Shown in pieces: positions 20,831-29,819 of a DNA stretch of 64,000 nucleotides (positions are counted from its first letter, which is position 1; every line of letters begins with the position of its first letter). Source of the DNA: Alphaproteobacteria bacterium (GTDB lineage: Bacteria > Pseudomonadota > Alphaproteobacteria > Micavibrionales > Micavibrionaceae); the NCBI GenBank assembly GCA_002690045.1, contig NZDE01000011.1, positions 88,582 through 152,581 on the forward strand. The letters run 5' to 3'. The notes beneath the pieces are model-generated. The model was not told the origin of the DNA, searched no databases, and worked only from the letters and a program-made list of their open reading frames with translations. Both the position numbers and the translations under genes were made by a program.

Positions 20831-21751
20831 ATGTCATTATTTCAGCGCCTTACCCCCAAAAGCTACATACTGCCACTGCATAAACGTTCTGGCAGCATTC
20901 AATTTTTCACTATTATTGCGTTGATGACCGCAATGTTAGTAATTATTGGGGCTGTACAGTTCTCTTTGCTATCAACCGTCCATAATTGGAAAAGCCTTAT
21001 TGAGCATCAGGCGAGCATCGAAATTCCCGCACTTGATCAAAATGGTCGAGATTACAGCGATGAAGAAATTAATATGATGACACAGCGTATAATCGCGCTT
21101 CTTGAGAATATTGATTATACGAGCGATGTTCATACAGAAAGCCATGAGCAAGTGGCGCAGCTTATTGGCCCATGGCTTGGTGAGAATAATAAGATTTTAG
21201 ACAATATGCGCCTGCCTGTATTGGTTAACTTCAATATTAATACGGATGATAATGACTTTATTGCCCAGTTAACAAAACGTATAAATAAAATCGCCCCGCG
21301 TGCACGTTTACAGACACATAAAAACTGGCTTAATAAGTTCCTTAAAATCGTGAATGGTGTACACGGCCTTGGCCTCTTAATTATTGCGGTAACGGTCACA
21401 GCAACCCTATTTGTTATAAGTAGCACAGTACGTACGCGTATGGCGATTTATAAGAAAGAATTAGCCTTAATACATATTATGGGCGCACATGACCGTTTTA
21501 TTTTACGCCAGTTCCTTATATATTTGGGCTATCTGGTTATACCAGCTGCTTTTATAGGCGCGATAGCTGCCTTTATTATGATGAGTATTATCTCCGCCCT
21601 ATTTTTAAGTGCAGACACCGCTTTTATACCTAGTTTTGGCGTAAATGGCGGGCAATTTTTCAAATTACTCTTTATACCATTGCTAATATGCATTATGAGT
21701 ATATCTATCGGCGCATATACAGTGATACGTGAAATGAAAAGAATGCCGTAG
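20831..21751 (+). CDS. ftsX: cell division permease-like protein FtsX
   Basis: 306 aa. One TM, a periplasmic domain, then three C-terminal TMs. Directly downstream of ftsE. Confidence 0.85.
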   Translation: MSLFQRLTPKSYILPLHKRSGSIQFFTIIALMTAMLVIIGAVQFSLLSTVHNWKSLIEHQASIEIPALDQNGRDYSDEEINMMTQRIIALLENIDYTSDVHTESHEQVAQLIGPWLGENNKILDNMRLPVLVNFNINTDDNDFIAQLTKRINKIAPRARLQTHKNWLNKFLKIVNGVHGLGLLIIAVTVTATLFVISSTVRTRMAIYKKELALIHIMGAHDRFILRQFLIYLGYLVIPAAFIGAIAAFIMMSIISALFLSADTAFIPSFGVNGGQFFKLLFIPLLICIMSISIGAYTVIREMKRMP

Positions 21752-21759
21752 AAAAATCC

Positions 21760-22359
21760 ATGAAATTGAAAAACAATAATTTAACCAGCTATATAATCAT
21801 GGGGCTGCAAGGTATGTTTATCTTGTGGTTGATTTCCTATGTTTTTTTTATTGCCTATACATACTTAGATAAAGCGCCACAAAAGCAGTATTTAAACAAT
21901 ACCCCCGTCATTATCCTAACAGGCGATAACGGACGGATTAGTCAAGGGTTAGAACTTGCCGAGCGCATTGATAGCCCTGCTATATTCATTACTGGCGTCA
22001 ATGAAAGTCTCAATAAAAACGACATTATACGCAATTGGCAAGCAGACAAGTTAGACTCGCTTATATCAATTGACCACAAGGCATTAAATACTATCGGTAA
22101 TATTGAACAATCCGTAGCGTGGCTTCAGCAACGTGAATTTGACAAGGCCGTTATTGTCACATCAAATTACCATATGCCACGCACAAAAATGCTATTAAAT
22201 GTGAAAGCACCAGAATTTAGCTTTCTGTCTTACCCTGTACAAAATGCACATTTAACACCACAAAAACTAAAATTTTGGAAAACTATGTTAATTGAGTTTC
22301 ATAAAACAGCGTTGGTCAAAGTATGTTTACTTCAAAATTTTGTAGATTGTCTGGAATAA
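21760..22359 (+). CDS. YdcF/DUF218 family protein
   Basis: N-terminal TM, then ILTGDNGRI...FITGVN...VIVTSNYHMPR, typical of DUF218. Confidence 0.7.
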   Translation: MKLKNNNLTSYIIMGLQGMFILWLISYVFFIAYTYLDKAPQKQYLNNTPVIILTGDNGRISQGLELAERIDSPAIFITGVNESLNKNDIIRNWQADKLDSLISIDHKALNTIGNIEQSVAWLQQREFDKAVIVTSNYHMPRTKMLLNVKAPEFSFLSYPVQNAHLTPQKLKFWKTMLIEFHKTALVKVCLLQNFVDCLE

Positions 22360-22363
22360 AAAC

Positions 22364-23095
22364 ATGATCCGTTCACTTATTTTCAACATCCTCTATTACC
22401 CAATCACAGCGATTTTATGCTTTGCTTATTTACCATTTCTGATTTTACCGCGCAAATGGCTGCTTATCATGGTAGAGCTCTATGTCAAAATTGTTTATGT
22501 ACTTGAGAAATATGTACTCGGCCTAGATTTTGAAATACGCGGCGCAGAATATTTACCAAAAGACGAAGCATTTATTGTCGCTGCGAAGCATTTTTCATCT
22601 TATGAGACTTTAAAGCTTCACATTTTGTTTAAAGACCCTGCTATTGTCATTAAAAAAGAGCTGTTCAGCATTCCGATATGGGGGTGGTATGCAAAGAAAA
22701 TGCGCCTTATTGGTATTGATCGTTCTAACCGTGATACGGCGCTAAAATCCGTTACACAAGGTGCTCAAATGGCGGCTGATATGAAGCGCCCAATTGTGAT
22801 ATTCCCACAAGGTACGCGCGTATCCCTTGACCATACGGTTAAAGACAAACCATATAAGGCTGGCATCATGCGGATGCAAAATGCTTCTGGCTTAAAAATT
22901 GTGCCACTTGCCATGAATACAGGTGTTTTCTGGCCACGCAATGCGTTTATTAAAAAAGGCGGCAAAGTTATTTTTGAATTTATGCCTGCTGTAGAATGTG
23001 GCTTGTCGACACAAGAGGGCTTAGCTATAATCCAAGAGGCTGTTGAAAGAAAAACAGCGGCGCTCATCGCGGAAACATCAAACGGGGATAGCTAA
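22364..23095 (+). CDS. plsC: 1-acyl-sn-glycerol-3-phosphate acyltransferase
   Basis: Acyltransferase block I (AAKHFSSYET) and block III (IFPQGTR). 243 aa. Confidence 0.8.
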   Translation: MIRSLIFNILYYPITAILCFAYLPFLILPRKWLLIMVELYVKIVYVLEKYVLGLDFEIRGAEYLPKDEAFIVAAKHFSSYETLKLHILFKDPAIVIKKELFSIPIWGWYAKKMRLIGIDRSNRDTALKSVTQGAQMAADMKRPIVIFPQGTRVSLDHTVKDKPYKAGIMRMQNASGLKIVPLAMNTGVFWPRNAFIKKGGKVIFEFMPAVECGLSTQEGLAIIQEAVERKTAALIAETSNGDS

Positions 23096-23099
23096 AGTC

Positions 23100-23942
23100 A
23101 TGTCCATGATCAAAAAAATATCAATTTTAATTATTGCGTTAGCTGGCATTGTCGTTATCGGTTATAGCGCTGTTTGGTTTTATACAGGCAGTAAAATAAA
23201 AAATGCTGTTTCTATTGAACAAGCGGACCTTGGTGATAGCGCGCAAGATGTGAACATTGAAAATGTTAAAGTTACTCTTGCCGGTTTCCCCAATGAATTT
23301 ATTGTTACATGGTCAGGTGATATTAAAACAGATGATGCGCATATACATATCCCCGCACTTCAGGCACAAAGCTGGTTTGCTTTTGGTAAACCCATAAAAA
23401 TATCTGCCCCACTAGGCTTACAGGTTTCGATGAAGGATCAGCCTCCTGTAAAAATAGATAATTTTAGCCTAGATGTAAGCTTACCGCCGACTTGGCCGGG
23501 TCACGAATCTGGCAAACAAGCTTTAAGCTTATGGCAAACTGAAAATGAGCAACTTACAATTAATGACCTTCATTTAGCTTCTGAAACAATTGGTTTCAAC
23601 CTAAACTCATCAGGCTACCTTACCCTTGATAAGAACCTGCAACCTGCTGGTGTTATCCAGATTAAGTTCAATGACATTAGCTTCATTGAAAAAAAGAAAG
23701 TTGAGCTGAAAGCTTATATTGAGCAAAACCATGAAACGATGACAAAAGACGACAAGAAAAAAGTCCTGCGCCAAATGGCTACACTTGCTGCGTTCACATC
23801 TGCAAAGGACATGGAATATACAATCAAGATTTTGAAGAATTCAGTTTATATCAGCTTCTTAAAGCTCATGCAGTTCCCATTTATAAACTGGCCAGACCCG
23901 TATAACGAATCTGCAAATGCAATGGGTATCAGCGCACCATAA
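23100..23942 (+). CDS. hypothetical membrane-anchored protein (DUF2125-like by position)
   Basis: The in-frame ATG at 23100 gives an N-terminal TM (KKISILIIALAGIVVIGYSAVWFY) with no overlap with plsC. The family call rests on conserved position after plsC, not on a motif. Confidence 0.45.
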   Translation: MSMIKKISILIIALAGIVVIGYSAVWFYTGSKIKNAVSIEQADLGDSAQDVNIENVKVTLAGFPNEFIVTWSGDIKTDDAHIHIPALQAQSWFAFGKPIKISAPLGLQVSMKDQPPVKIDNFSLDVSLPPTWPGHESGKQALSLWQTENEQLTINDLHLASETIGFNLNSSGYLTLDKNLQPAGVIQIKFNDISFIEKKKVELKAYIEQNHETMTKDDKKKVLRQMATLAAFTSAKDMEYTIKILKNSVYISFLKLMQFPFINWPDPYNESANAMGISAP

Positions 23943-23970
23943 TCTGCACCACGAAAATAAGAAAAACATC

Positions 23971-24873
23971 TTATTGCTCATCATATGGAGCGCGTCCAGC
24001 TTGGCCTGAATCAACGACCGCATTACGAATTTTACGTGTCTTGGTGAACTGGTCTTGAAGGAACGCACCTTTATCCTGTCGTATAGCTTTTTGTAACTCT
24101 GATAAATCTTCTGTAAAGCGCTGAAGGACGTCTAAAACGCTTTCTTTGTTTTGTATAAAAATATCACGCCACATGACAGGGTCTGACCCTGCAATACGTG
24201 TAAAGTCACGGAAGCCACCCGCAGAATATTTAATGACTTCTCGCTGTAAATCTTCAGCCATATTCGTCGCTGTGCCAACAATAGAATAGGCAATCAAATG
24301 CGGAAGATGTGATGTTATAGCCAGAACCAAGTCGTGGTGACGGGGCTCCATAAAATCTATATTCGCGCCGCATAATTCCCAAAGCGCTGTAACCTTCTCA
24401 ACCGCCTGTAAATCAGTCTCGTCAATAGGCGTAATGATTAACCAGCGATTAGTAAATAATGTTGCAAAGCCTGCGGATGGGCCTGATTTCTCTGCGCCCG
24501 CAATAGGGTGTGCCGCGACAAATTTTTCAGGATATGGCAACGCCTCACTTACAGAATCTATGACGGACTGTTTCACAGATCCTGCATCTGTCACAATTGT
24601 TTTATCAGTAATATATGGCGCAATAGATTCTGCCACCGTGCCCATTTGTCCGATAGGTGTACATAGGACAATTATATCTGCATCGGCTAAATAGCTATCG
24701 TAATAATCATAGGCAGCATCAACTAATTTATTATCTAACGCATAATTCAAATAATCATGGTTCATATCAATGGCGGTAATCTCTATGGATGGATCTGCTT
24801 TTTTAAGCGCCCGTGCAAGCGATGAACCGATAAGGCCAAAACCAATAATTACAACATCTTTAAAGTTACTCAT
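23971..24873 (-). CDS. tyrC: prephenate/arogenate dehydrogenase
   Basis: N-terminal Rossmann IIGFGLIGSSLA and a conserved HPIAG catalytic region. Confidence 0.88.
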   Translation of the reverse strand: MSNFKDVVIIGFGLIGSSLARALKKADPSIEITAIDMNHDYLNYALDNKLVDAAYDYYDSYLADADIIVLCTPIGQMGTVAESIAPYITDKTIVTDAGSVKQSVIDSVSEALPYPEKFVAAHPIAGAEKSGPSAGFATLFTNRWLIITPIDETDLQAVEKVTALWELCGANIDFMEPRHHDLVLAITSHLPHLIAYSIVGTATNMAEDLQREVIKYSAGGFRDFTRIAGSDPVMWRDIFIQNKESVLDVLQRFTEDLSELQKAIRQDKGAFLQDQFTKTRKIRNAVVDSGQAGRAPYDEQ

Positions 24874-24882
24874 TTGCGTACC

Positions 24883-25746
24883 CTACACTTTTATGGGCTT
24901 AGGATGCCCGCCTAAATGATACCATTTACCGTTATCTTTGTGTTTATGCTTCATATCAACAAAAGCCGCACTCTCCGCATCAATATATTGATTGACGATA
25001 CAAAGGTTATAAGATTCATCTGATACCTTAATGGATACAGTGCGATAATCTTTGACCGAAAGCGCAGCCATAGCGTTTTGAACAGCCGCTGCCCCGTCAT
25101 CCGATGATTTATATACAACATAGCTTACATCATCATCTGACGGTTCAAAATGCGCCCGCATAACGACATGAAAACCACGGGTCTTTAACGTTTCAGCATC
25201 ACTAACAAATGGTAGCGCCTGCACGATGGATAATTGCGTTTTGCTGTCTGCTGCTTCATCACCATCAATGGCGGCGATTAAATTAGGCAACCACGCGGCG
25301 ACATCACCCTCATGGCAAAGTGAATCAAACACAGCGAAATCACAATCACCGTTTTGTAATTGGCGTAAAGATGACAACTCATCCTGCCCTTTTTCAAGAT
25401 TGAGCAGACTGCCGAAGTAATCTGTAATCGTCTTATAATTTTGAACGCTGTCTTGCTCAATAGAATATACCGCGCTTAAGCCAGATTGTAACATAGATAC
25501 AGCACTGACAAGTTCACGCCATATGCGCGTGACTGCCTGCTGTGGCAATGCGCCATGATGACGCCCTAATAAACGGCGGATCATGCGTGCCTCACGCGCT
25601 GGATGAACGACAGGCATACCGCGTTTCTGTTTCTCCGCAGCGATGCTTGAGGCCAATGCCGCACGTTCCATTAACAAATCATGGATTGTGTTATCGATAT
25701 TGTCGATATTTTGTCTAATTGAATCAAGTGTTTGTGACTTATACAT
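24883..25746 (-). CDS. chorismate mutase (AroQ domain plus C-terminal domain of unknown function)
   Basis: The N-terminal ~90 aa match AroQ (LDSIRQNIDNIDNTIHDLLMERAALASSIAAEK...HPAREARMIRRL). The remaining ~190 aa were not recognised. Confidence 0.75.
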   Translation of the reverse strand: MYKSQTLDSIRQNIDNIDNTIHDLLMERAALASSIAAEKQKRGMPVVHPAREARMIRRLLGRHHGALPQQAVTRIWRELVSAVSMLQSGLSAVYSIEQDSVQNYKTITDYFGSLLNLEKGQDELSSLRQLQNGDCDFAVFDSLCHEGDVAAWLPNLIAAIDGDEAADSKTQLSIVQALPFVSDAETLKTRGFHVVMRAHFEPSDDDVSYVVYKSSDDGAAAVQNAMAALSVKDYRTVSIKVSDESYNLCIVNQYIDAESAAFVDMKHKHKDNGKWYHLGGHPKPIKV

Positions 25747-25822
25747 TGAGATTATCTTTAATTGACGTTAATCTGCACAGAGTTTATGCGAAAAAACCTA
25801 TGAATACAACAGCCTATAGCCC

Positions 25823-26884
25823 ATGCCGTTAGTTGCTTATAAAAACATCCCCAGCTTTACCCGTCTTCAACAAGACGGTCACTTAATATTGAGCGAAGAC
25901 CGTGCATTACGGCAGGATTATCGCGGGCTGCATATAGGCTTACTTAACATGATGCCTGATGCCGCGTTAGAAGTTACAGAACGTCAGTTTTTTCGTCTTA
26001 TTGGCCGCTCTGACCGTATCGTGCAGTTTTACATGCACCCGTTTTCTATACCGGGCATAGAGCGTAGCAGCGAAGCACAAAGCTATATCGACCAATATTA
26101 CGAAAGTTTTGAAGACATTAAAAAAATTGGTTTGGACGCATTAATTATCACGGGTGCGAATGTTGCATCTGCTGACCTTAAGGAATCTGGTTTCTTTGAG
26201 CCATTTCAGGACGTCTTAGACTGGGCATTTAAAAATGTTACATCTGTCTTATGTTCATGTATATCAACCCATGCTGCGATGCTCGCGCTGTATAATGAAT
26301 CGCGCACACCGTTAACACAAAAATTATTTGGTGTTTACGAACAGCGCGTAAATGATGCTCTAAAGCCGTTGACGCGCGGTATTAACACCTGTTTCCACGC
26401 GCCGCACTCACGCCATAATATGATTACGCGGGAACAATTCCTGAAAAACAATATGCTTGTTCTGGCAGAAAGTCAGGATGCTGGCGTTCACTTGGCCAGT
26501 TCTGCGGACGGTTTACGCCTTGTATGTTTTCAAGGCCACCCCGAATATGATCGGGTAAGCTTGCTAAAAGAATTTAAGCGCGACATGAACGGCTACTTAA
26601 ACAAAGCATTAGATACGCGCCCCGCTTTACCACAAAATTACATTAACGCCGCTTACGCGGATAAATTTTTGGCTCTTGTTGATCGTATATATCAAACAAG
26701 CGATTTAAGCCTATTTAATGAGGACCTTATCCAGCAATATATAGATAACACTTGGCAAGATACTGCCCGCTCTATAATTCAAAATTGGGTCGGCGCTGTA
26801 TATCAAGTCACTGGCTTTGACCGCCACCAACCTTTTATGGATAAAATTGACCCCGAAAATCCGCTTGCAACTGTACTTATTTGA
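25823..26884 (+). CDS. metA: homoserine O-acyltransferase (MetA family)
   Basis: LHIGLLNMMPD, ITGA and HSRHN motifs of MetA, with a C-terminal extension of about 45 aa. Confidence 0.9.
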   Translation: MPLVAYKNIPSFTRLQQDGHLILSEDRALRQDYRGLHIGLLNMMPDAALEVTERQFFRLIGRSDRIVQFYMHPFSIPGIERSSEAQSYIDQYYESFEDIKKIGLDALIITGANVASADLKESGFFEPFQDVLDWAFKNVTSVLCSCISTHAAMLALYNESRTPLTQKLFGVYEQRVNDALKPLTRGINTCFHAPHSRHNMITREQFLKNNMLVLAESQDAGVHLASSADGLRLVCFQGHPEYDRVSLLKEFKRDMNGYLNKALDTRPALPQNYINAAYADKFLALVDRIYQTSDLSLFNEDLIQQYIDNTWQDTARSIIQNWVGAVYQVTGFDRHQPFMDKIDPENPLATVLI

Positions 26885-26911
26885 AACTTCTTAACTTATA
26901 AAAATAATATA

Positions 26912-27655
26912 TTAGGTGCCACCCACAGACCCAGCAGGTTTAGGTACATAAATCCACCGCCCACCAGCGGGGACTTTTGATCCGCTATCCGGGTTTACCC
27001 GCGCATAAACTTTTTTCGTACATTCGATTATATACACACCAGCCAAAGCAGGCATAATATATGGGCCAATACGCTCTAATGTTGGGGCCATATTATGTGT
27101 GAAATTTCGCGTTGATGGCAATGCGAACAAAGCAGGTCTAACGCTTTCAATATCAAACTGTTCTTCACGCAGAAAATCGACAATCTGCATGCGTGAATAC
27201 GGTGTCCCTAAGCCAAATGGGCTCCATGATGCCATACTCCAAAGACCGGTACGGTTGGGAATAACTAATAACATTCGTCCGTTACTGCGCAAAACCCGCC
27301 ATGTTTCTTGTAACAACGCACGAACAGAACCAGCATGTTCCAAAGCATGTATAAGCATTACATTGTCAAAATAGTTGCTTTCAAAAGGTAAGGCTTGGGA
27401 AGCCGCTAGCAAGGCCGCATTATGTTCTTTTTCTGGCCACGGCAATACGCCCATTTCAACGCGCCCTGCCCCAACGGTAATTTCAGCCTCTGGGCGGTAT
27501 AAATCTAAATACGGGTAGGCAAAGCCATAACCTAGAAGCCGCGCGCCCTTTGCATGCGGCCATATTTTTCTAATTTTTTGACGCAGAACATCACGCATCA
27601 CACGACCCGTGCGTGACAAGTAAAAATCTTCGTAATCTTTTGCAGAAACAAGCAT
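26912..27655 (-). CDS. class I SAM-dependent methyltransferase (Methyltransf_11-like)
   Basis: FDNVMLIHALEHAGSVRALLQETWRVLRSNGRMLLVIPN, typical of type-11 methyltransferases. Confidence 0.6.
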   Translation of the reverse strand: MLVSAKDYEDFYLSRTGRVMRDVLRQKIRKIWPHAKGARLLGYGFAYPYLDLYRPEAEITVGAGRVEMGVLPWPEKEHNAALLAASQALPFESNYFDNVMLIHALEHAGSVRALLQETWRVLRSNGRMLLVIPNRTGLWSMASWSPFGLGTPYSRMQIVDFLREEQFDIESVRPALFALPSTRNFTHNMAPTLERIGPYIMPALAGVYIIECTKKVYARVNPDSGSKVPAGGRWIYVPKPAGSVGGT

Positions 27656-27688
27656 GTTAGCACGCCGTAAAAAATTAATTCTACCTTA

Positions 27689-28153
27689 TTATAGCGCCTT
27701 AACCATTTGAACGCATGGATTATTTTCACCCCATAGCGTGGGGAATACTTCTAACGGGACAAAGTCTTGACTGGCGTAGAACATACGCGTTTTATCATAG
27801 GCATCATTTGCACGGCTTGCATCAAGGGTTTTCACCTGTAAGAAACTTATGCCAACGGCTCTTAAACGTGTCTCAATTGCCTTTACCATTTCACGTCCAA
27901 TACCTTGGCGGTGATAATTTGGCAAGACGCCCATAACATATAATTCAGCGGATGATGGATTGTGTTTTTTGACGGATGTGAACCCTATAACCTCATCGCC
28001 TTTTACTGCTTTTAATATAGGGTAGGATTGCATCGTTTCGACATATTCGACAATGGCATGCTCTAAACCAAACCAGTCTGGTAATGCACGTAATATTGCT
28101 TCGCAGCTTTCAACGCTGCCAAATTCCTGCCATATATATTTGATTTCCTCCAT
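27689..28153 (-). CDS. GNAT family N-acetyltransferase
   Basis: Acetyl-CoA motif A: VLPNYHRQGIGREMVKAIE. Confidence 0.8.
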   Translation of the reverse strand: MEEIKYIWQEFGSVESCEAILRALPDWFGLEHAIVEYVETMQSYPILKAVKGDEVIGFTSVKKHNPSSAELYVMGVLPNYHRQGIGREMVKAIETRLRAVGISFLQVKTLDASRANDAYDKTRMFYASQDFVPLEVFPTLWGENNPCVQMVKAL

Positions 28154-28154
28154 A

Positions 28155-28607
28155 TCACAGATACTCTAATATCGGCGCTATTAATGGAATATCAGCAGGT
28201 GGCATTTCAAGGTTATAAAGCTCGTCAGGGCGTATCCATTTTAGGTTCTGCCCTTCTTGTCCTTGCGGTATACCGCGCCAGACACGGCATGCATAAAGCG
28301 GCATCATTAAATGGAATTTCTCGTAGCTATGGGATGCAAAAGTAATGGGGTAAAAACCACAAGGACGGGTTTCAATATCTAACTCTTCTCGTAGTTCACG
28401 CATAAGGGCGTATTCTGGGCTTTCCCCTTCATCCACTTTACCGCCAGGAAATTCCCACAATCCGGCCAATGATTTCCCTTCGGGGCGCTGCGTGACAAGA
28501 ATACGTTTATCTTTACCTATAAGCAACGCCGCCGCCACAAGGATTATTGGTAACCCTGAACGTGGCGGCGGCGGATATTCTAATGCTTCTTCACAGGACA
28601 TCATCAT
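28155..28607 (-). CDS. mutT: Nudix hydrolase, MutT-like (8-oxo-dGTP diphosphatase)
   Basis: Nudix box GLWEFPGGKVDEGESPEYALMRELREELDIE. Confidence 0.82.
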   Translation of the reverse strand: MMMSCEEALEYPPPPRSGLPIILVAAALLIGKDKRILVTQRPEGKSLAGLWEFPGGKVDEGESPEYALMRELREELDIETRPCGFYPITFASHSYEKFHLMMPLYACRVWRGIPQGQEGQNLKWIRPDELYNLEMPPADIPLIAPILEYL

Positions 28608-28642
28608 AAGGTTTACCCGTATTTATCTATCCTGCGTGTATA

Positions 28643-29605
28643 TTATTCTTTTGCGTCAGCTGCGTCAGCTTCGCCATTAATATTGTAAAGCTTAACTTTA
28701 GCTTCTGAACGCCAGTCACCTAGCAAATCTTGAAGAACTTGTGTGCGAAGGCTTGCTTGCAAGCTTTCTTTCATATCTTCAAAAGACGCTGGTTCTAAGT
28801 TGCGTTTATCTTCAACTTTAATTACGTGGAAGCCGAACTGTGTTTGTACAGGCGCCTTTGTATATGCACCTTTTTCAAGCTTAAACGCAGCTTCTTCAAA
28901 TGCAGGAACCATGTCACCTTTTTTGAAATAACCAAGGTCGCCGCCGTTTTCACCAGATGGACCAGTTGATTTTTCTTTGGCTAGCTCAGCAAAATCTTTA
29001 CCGCCATCAAGCGCTGCAATGATTTCTTTTGCTTCATCTTCACTGCCCACAAGGATGTGACGTGCGCTTAATTCTTCAACTGACTTTTGTTCAGCCGCGT
29101 ATTCATCATAAGCCGCTTTAAGCGCTTCATCAGTGATACGGTCATTAACCTGCTTTTCGATGAATACAGCGCGTGCAATTTGCTTTTTCGCATCTTCCAA
29201 ACGTGTTTTATATTCATCAGAGCTCATAACGTCTGATTTATCGGCCTTAAGCTCGACAATCTTACCATTTACAAACTGGTCAAGTACAACAGGGAAAACG
29301 ATTTGCTTCGGCACAACTTGTTGTGGGCCTGCAAGCTCGTCAATCATGTCAAAAATCTCTGAACGTTTAATTTCAACAGAATCAATAACCGCCACAGTTG
29401 GATCACCAGGTTTGATTTCAAGATTTGCGTTTTCCGCGCCTGTTTTCGCATCGCCCGCAGCTGGTTCAATTGCGCTAACAGCTGCACCATCTTCACTCAT
29501 CATTTGCTTACCATAGGTATTCGCGAAGACAAAGCCACCCACGCAAATTGTAAACATGGACAACACCAAAACGCCGTACCGTCCAACAAAACTTTTCTTC
29601 TGCAT
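28643..29605 (-). CDS. periplasmic peptidyl-prolyl cis-trans isomerase (parvulin/PpiC type, SurA-N-like N-domain)
   Basis: N-terminal TM/signal, then a parvulin domain (ARHILV...GGDLGYF.KGDMVPAFEEAAF...PVQTQFGFHVIKVED). Confidence 0.85.
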   Translation of the reverse strand: MQKKSFVGRYGVLVLSMFTICVGGFVFANTYGKQMMSEDGAAVSAIEPAAGDAKTGAENANLEIKPGDPTVAVIDSVEIKRSEIFDMIDELAGPQQVVPKQIVFPVVLDQFVNGKIVELKADKSDVMSSDEYKTRLEDAKKQIARAVFIEKQVNDRITDEALKAAYDEYAAEQKSVEELSARHILVGSEDEAKEIIAALDGGKDFAELAKEKSTGPSGENGGDLGYFKKGDMVPAFEEAAFKLEKGAYTKAPVQTQFGFHVIKVEDKRNLEPASFEDMKESLQASLRTQVLQDLLGDWRSEAKVKLYNINGEADAADAKE

Positions 29606-29738
29606 AATATGCCTCTTTTAAATACTGTTATTTATGTATACGTACTCTATAGTTCTTTATACGCAGTTCTTTTCTGCACGGCTCACTTTTAAAAAGCAAT
29701 AAAAAAACGTATAACGCATAAGTTTTTATGGGCATTGA

Positions 29739-29767
29739 TTGACGTAGATGACAAAACTTCCTATATA
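29739..29767 (+). promoter_or_regulatory. candidate sigma70-type promoter for secA (TTGACG-17 nt-TATATA)
   Basis: Hexamers and spacing read directly. About 55 nt upstream of the secA ATG. Confidence 0.4.
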
Positions 29768-29819
29768 TGCCTACAGATAAATAAATTAAGTAAAAGAAGA
29801 CGACTCTAACAGAGGTACT

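Noticed and set aside
25747-25822. Possible SAM-II (metA-type) riboswitch upstream of metA
   Set aside because: The spacer is only 76 nt, is shared with a divergent gene, and lacks the conserved AAAGCU-containing pseudoknot core as I remember it. An Infernal scan would be decisive.
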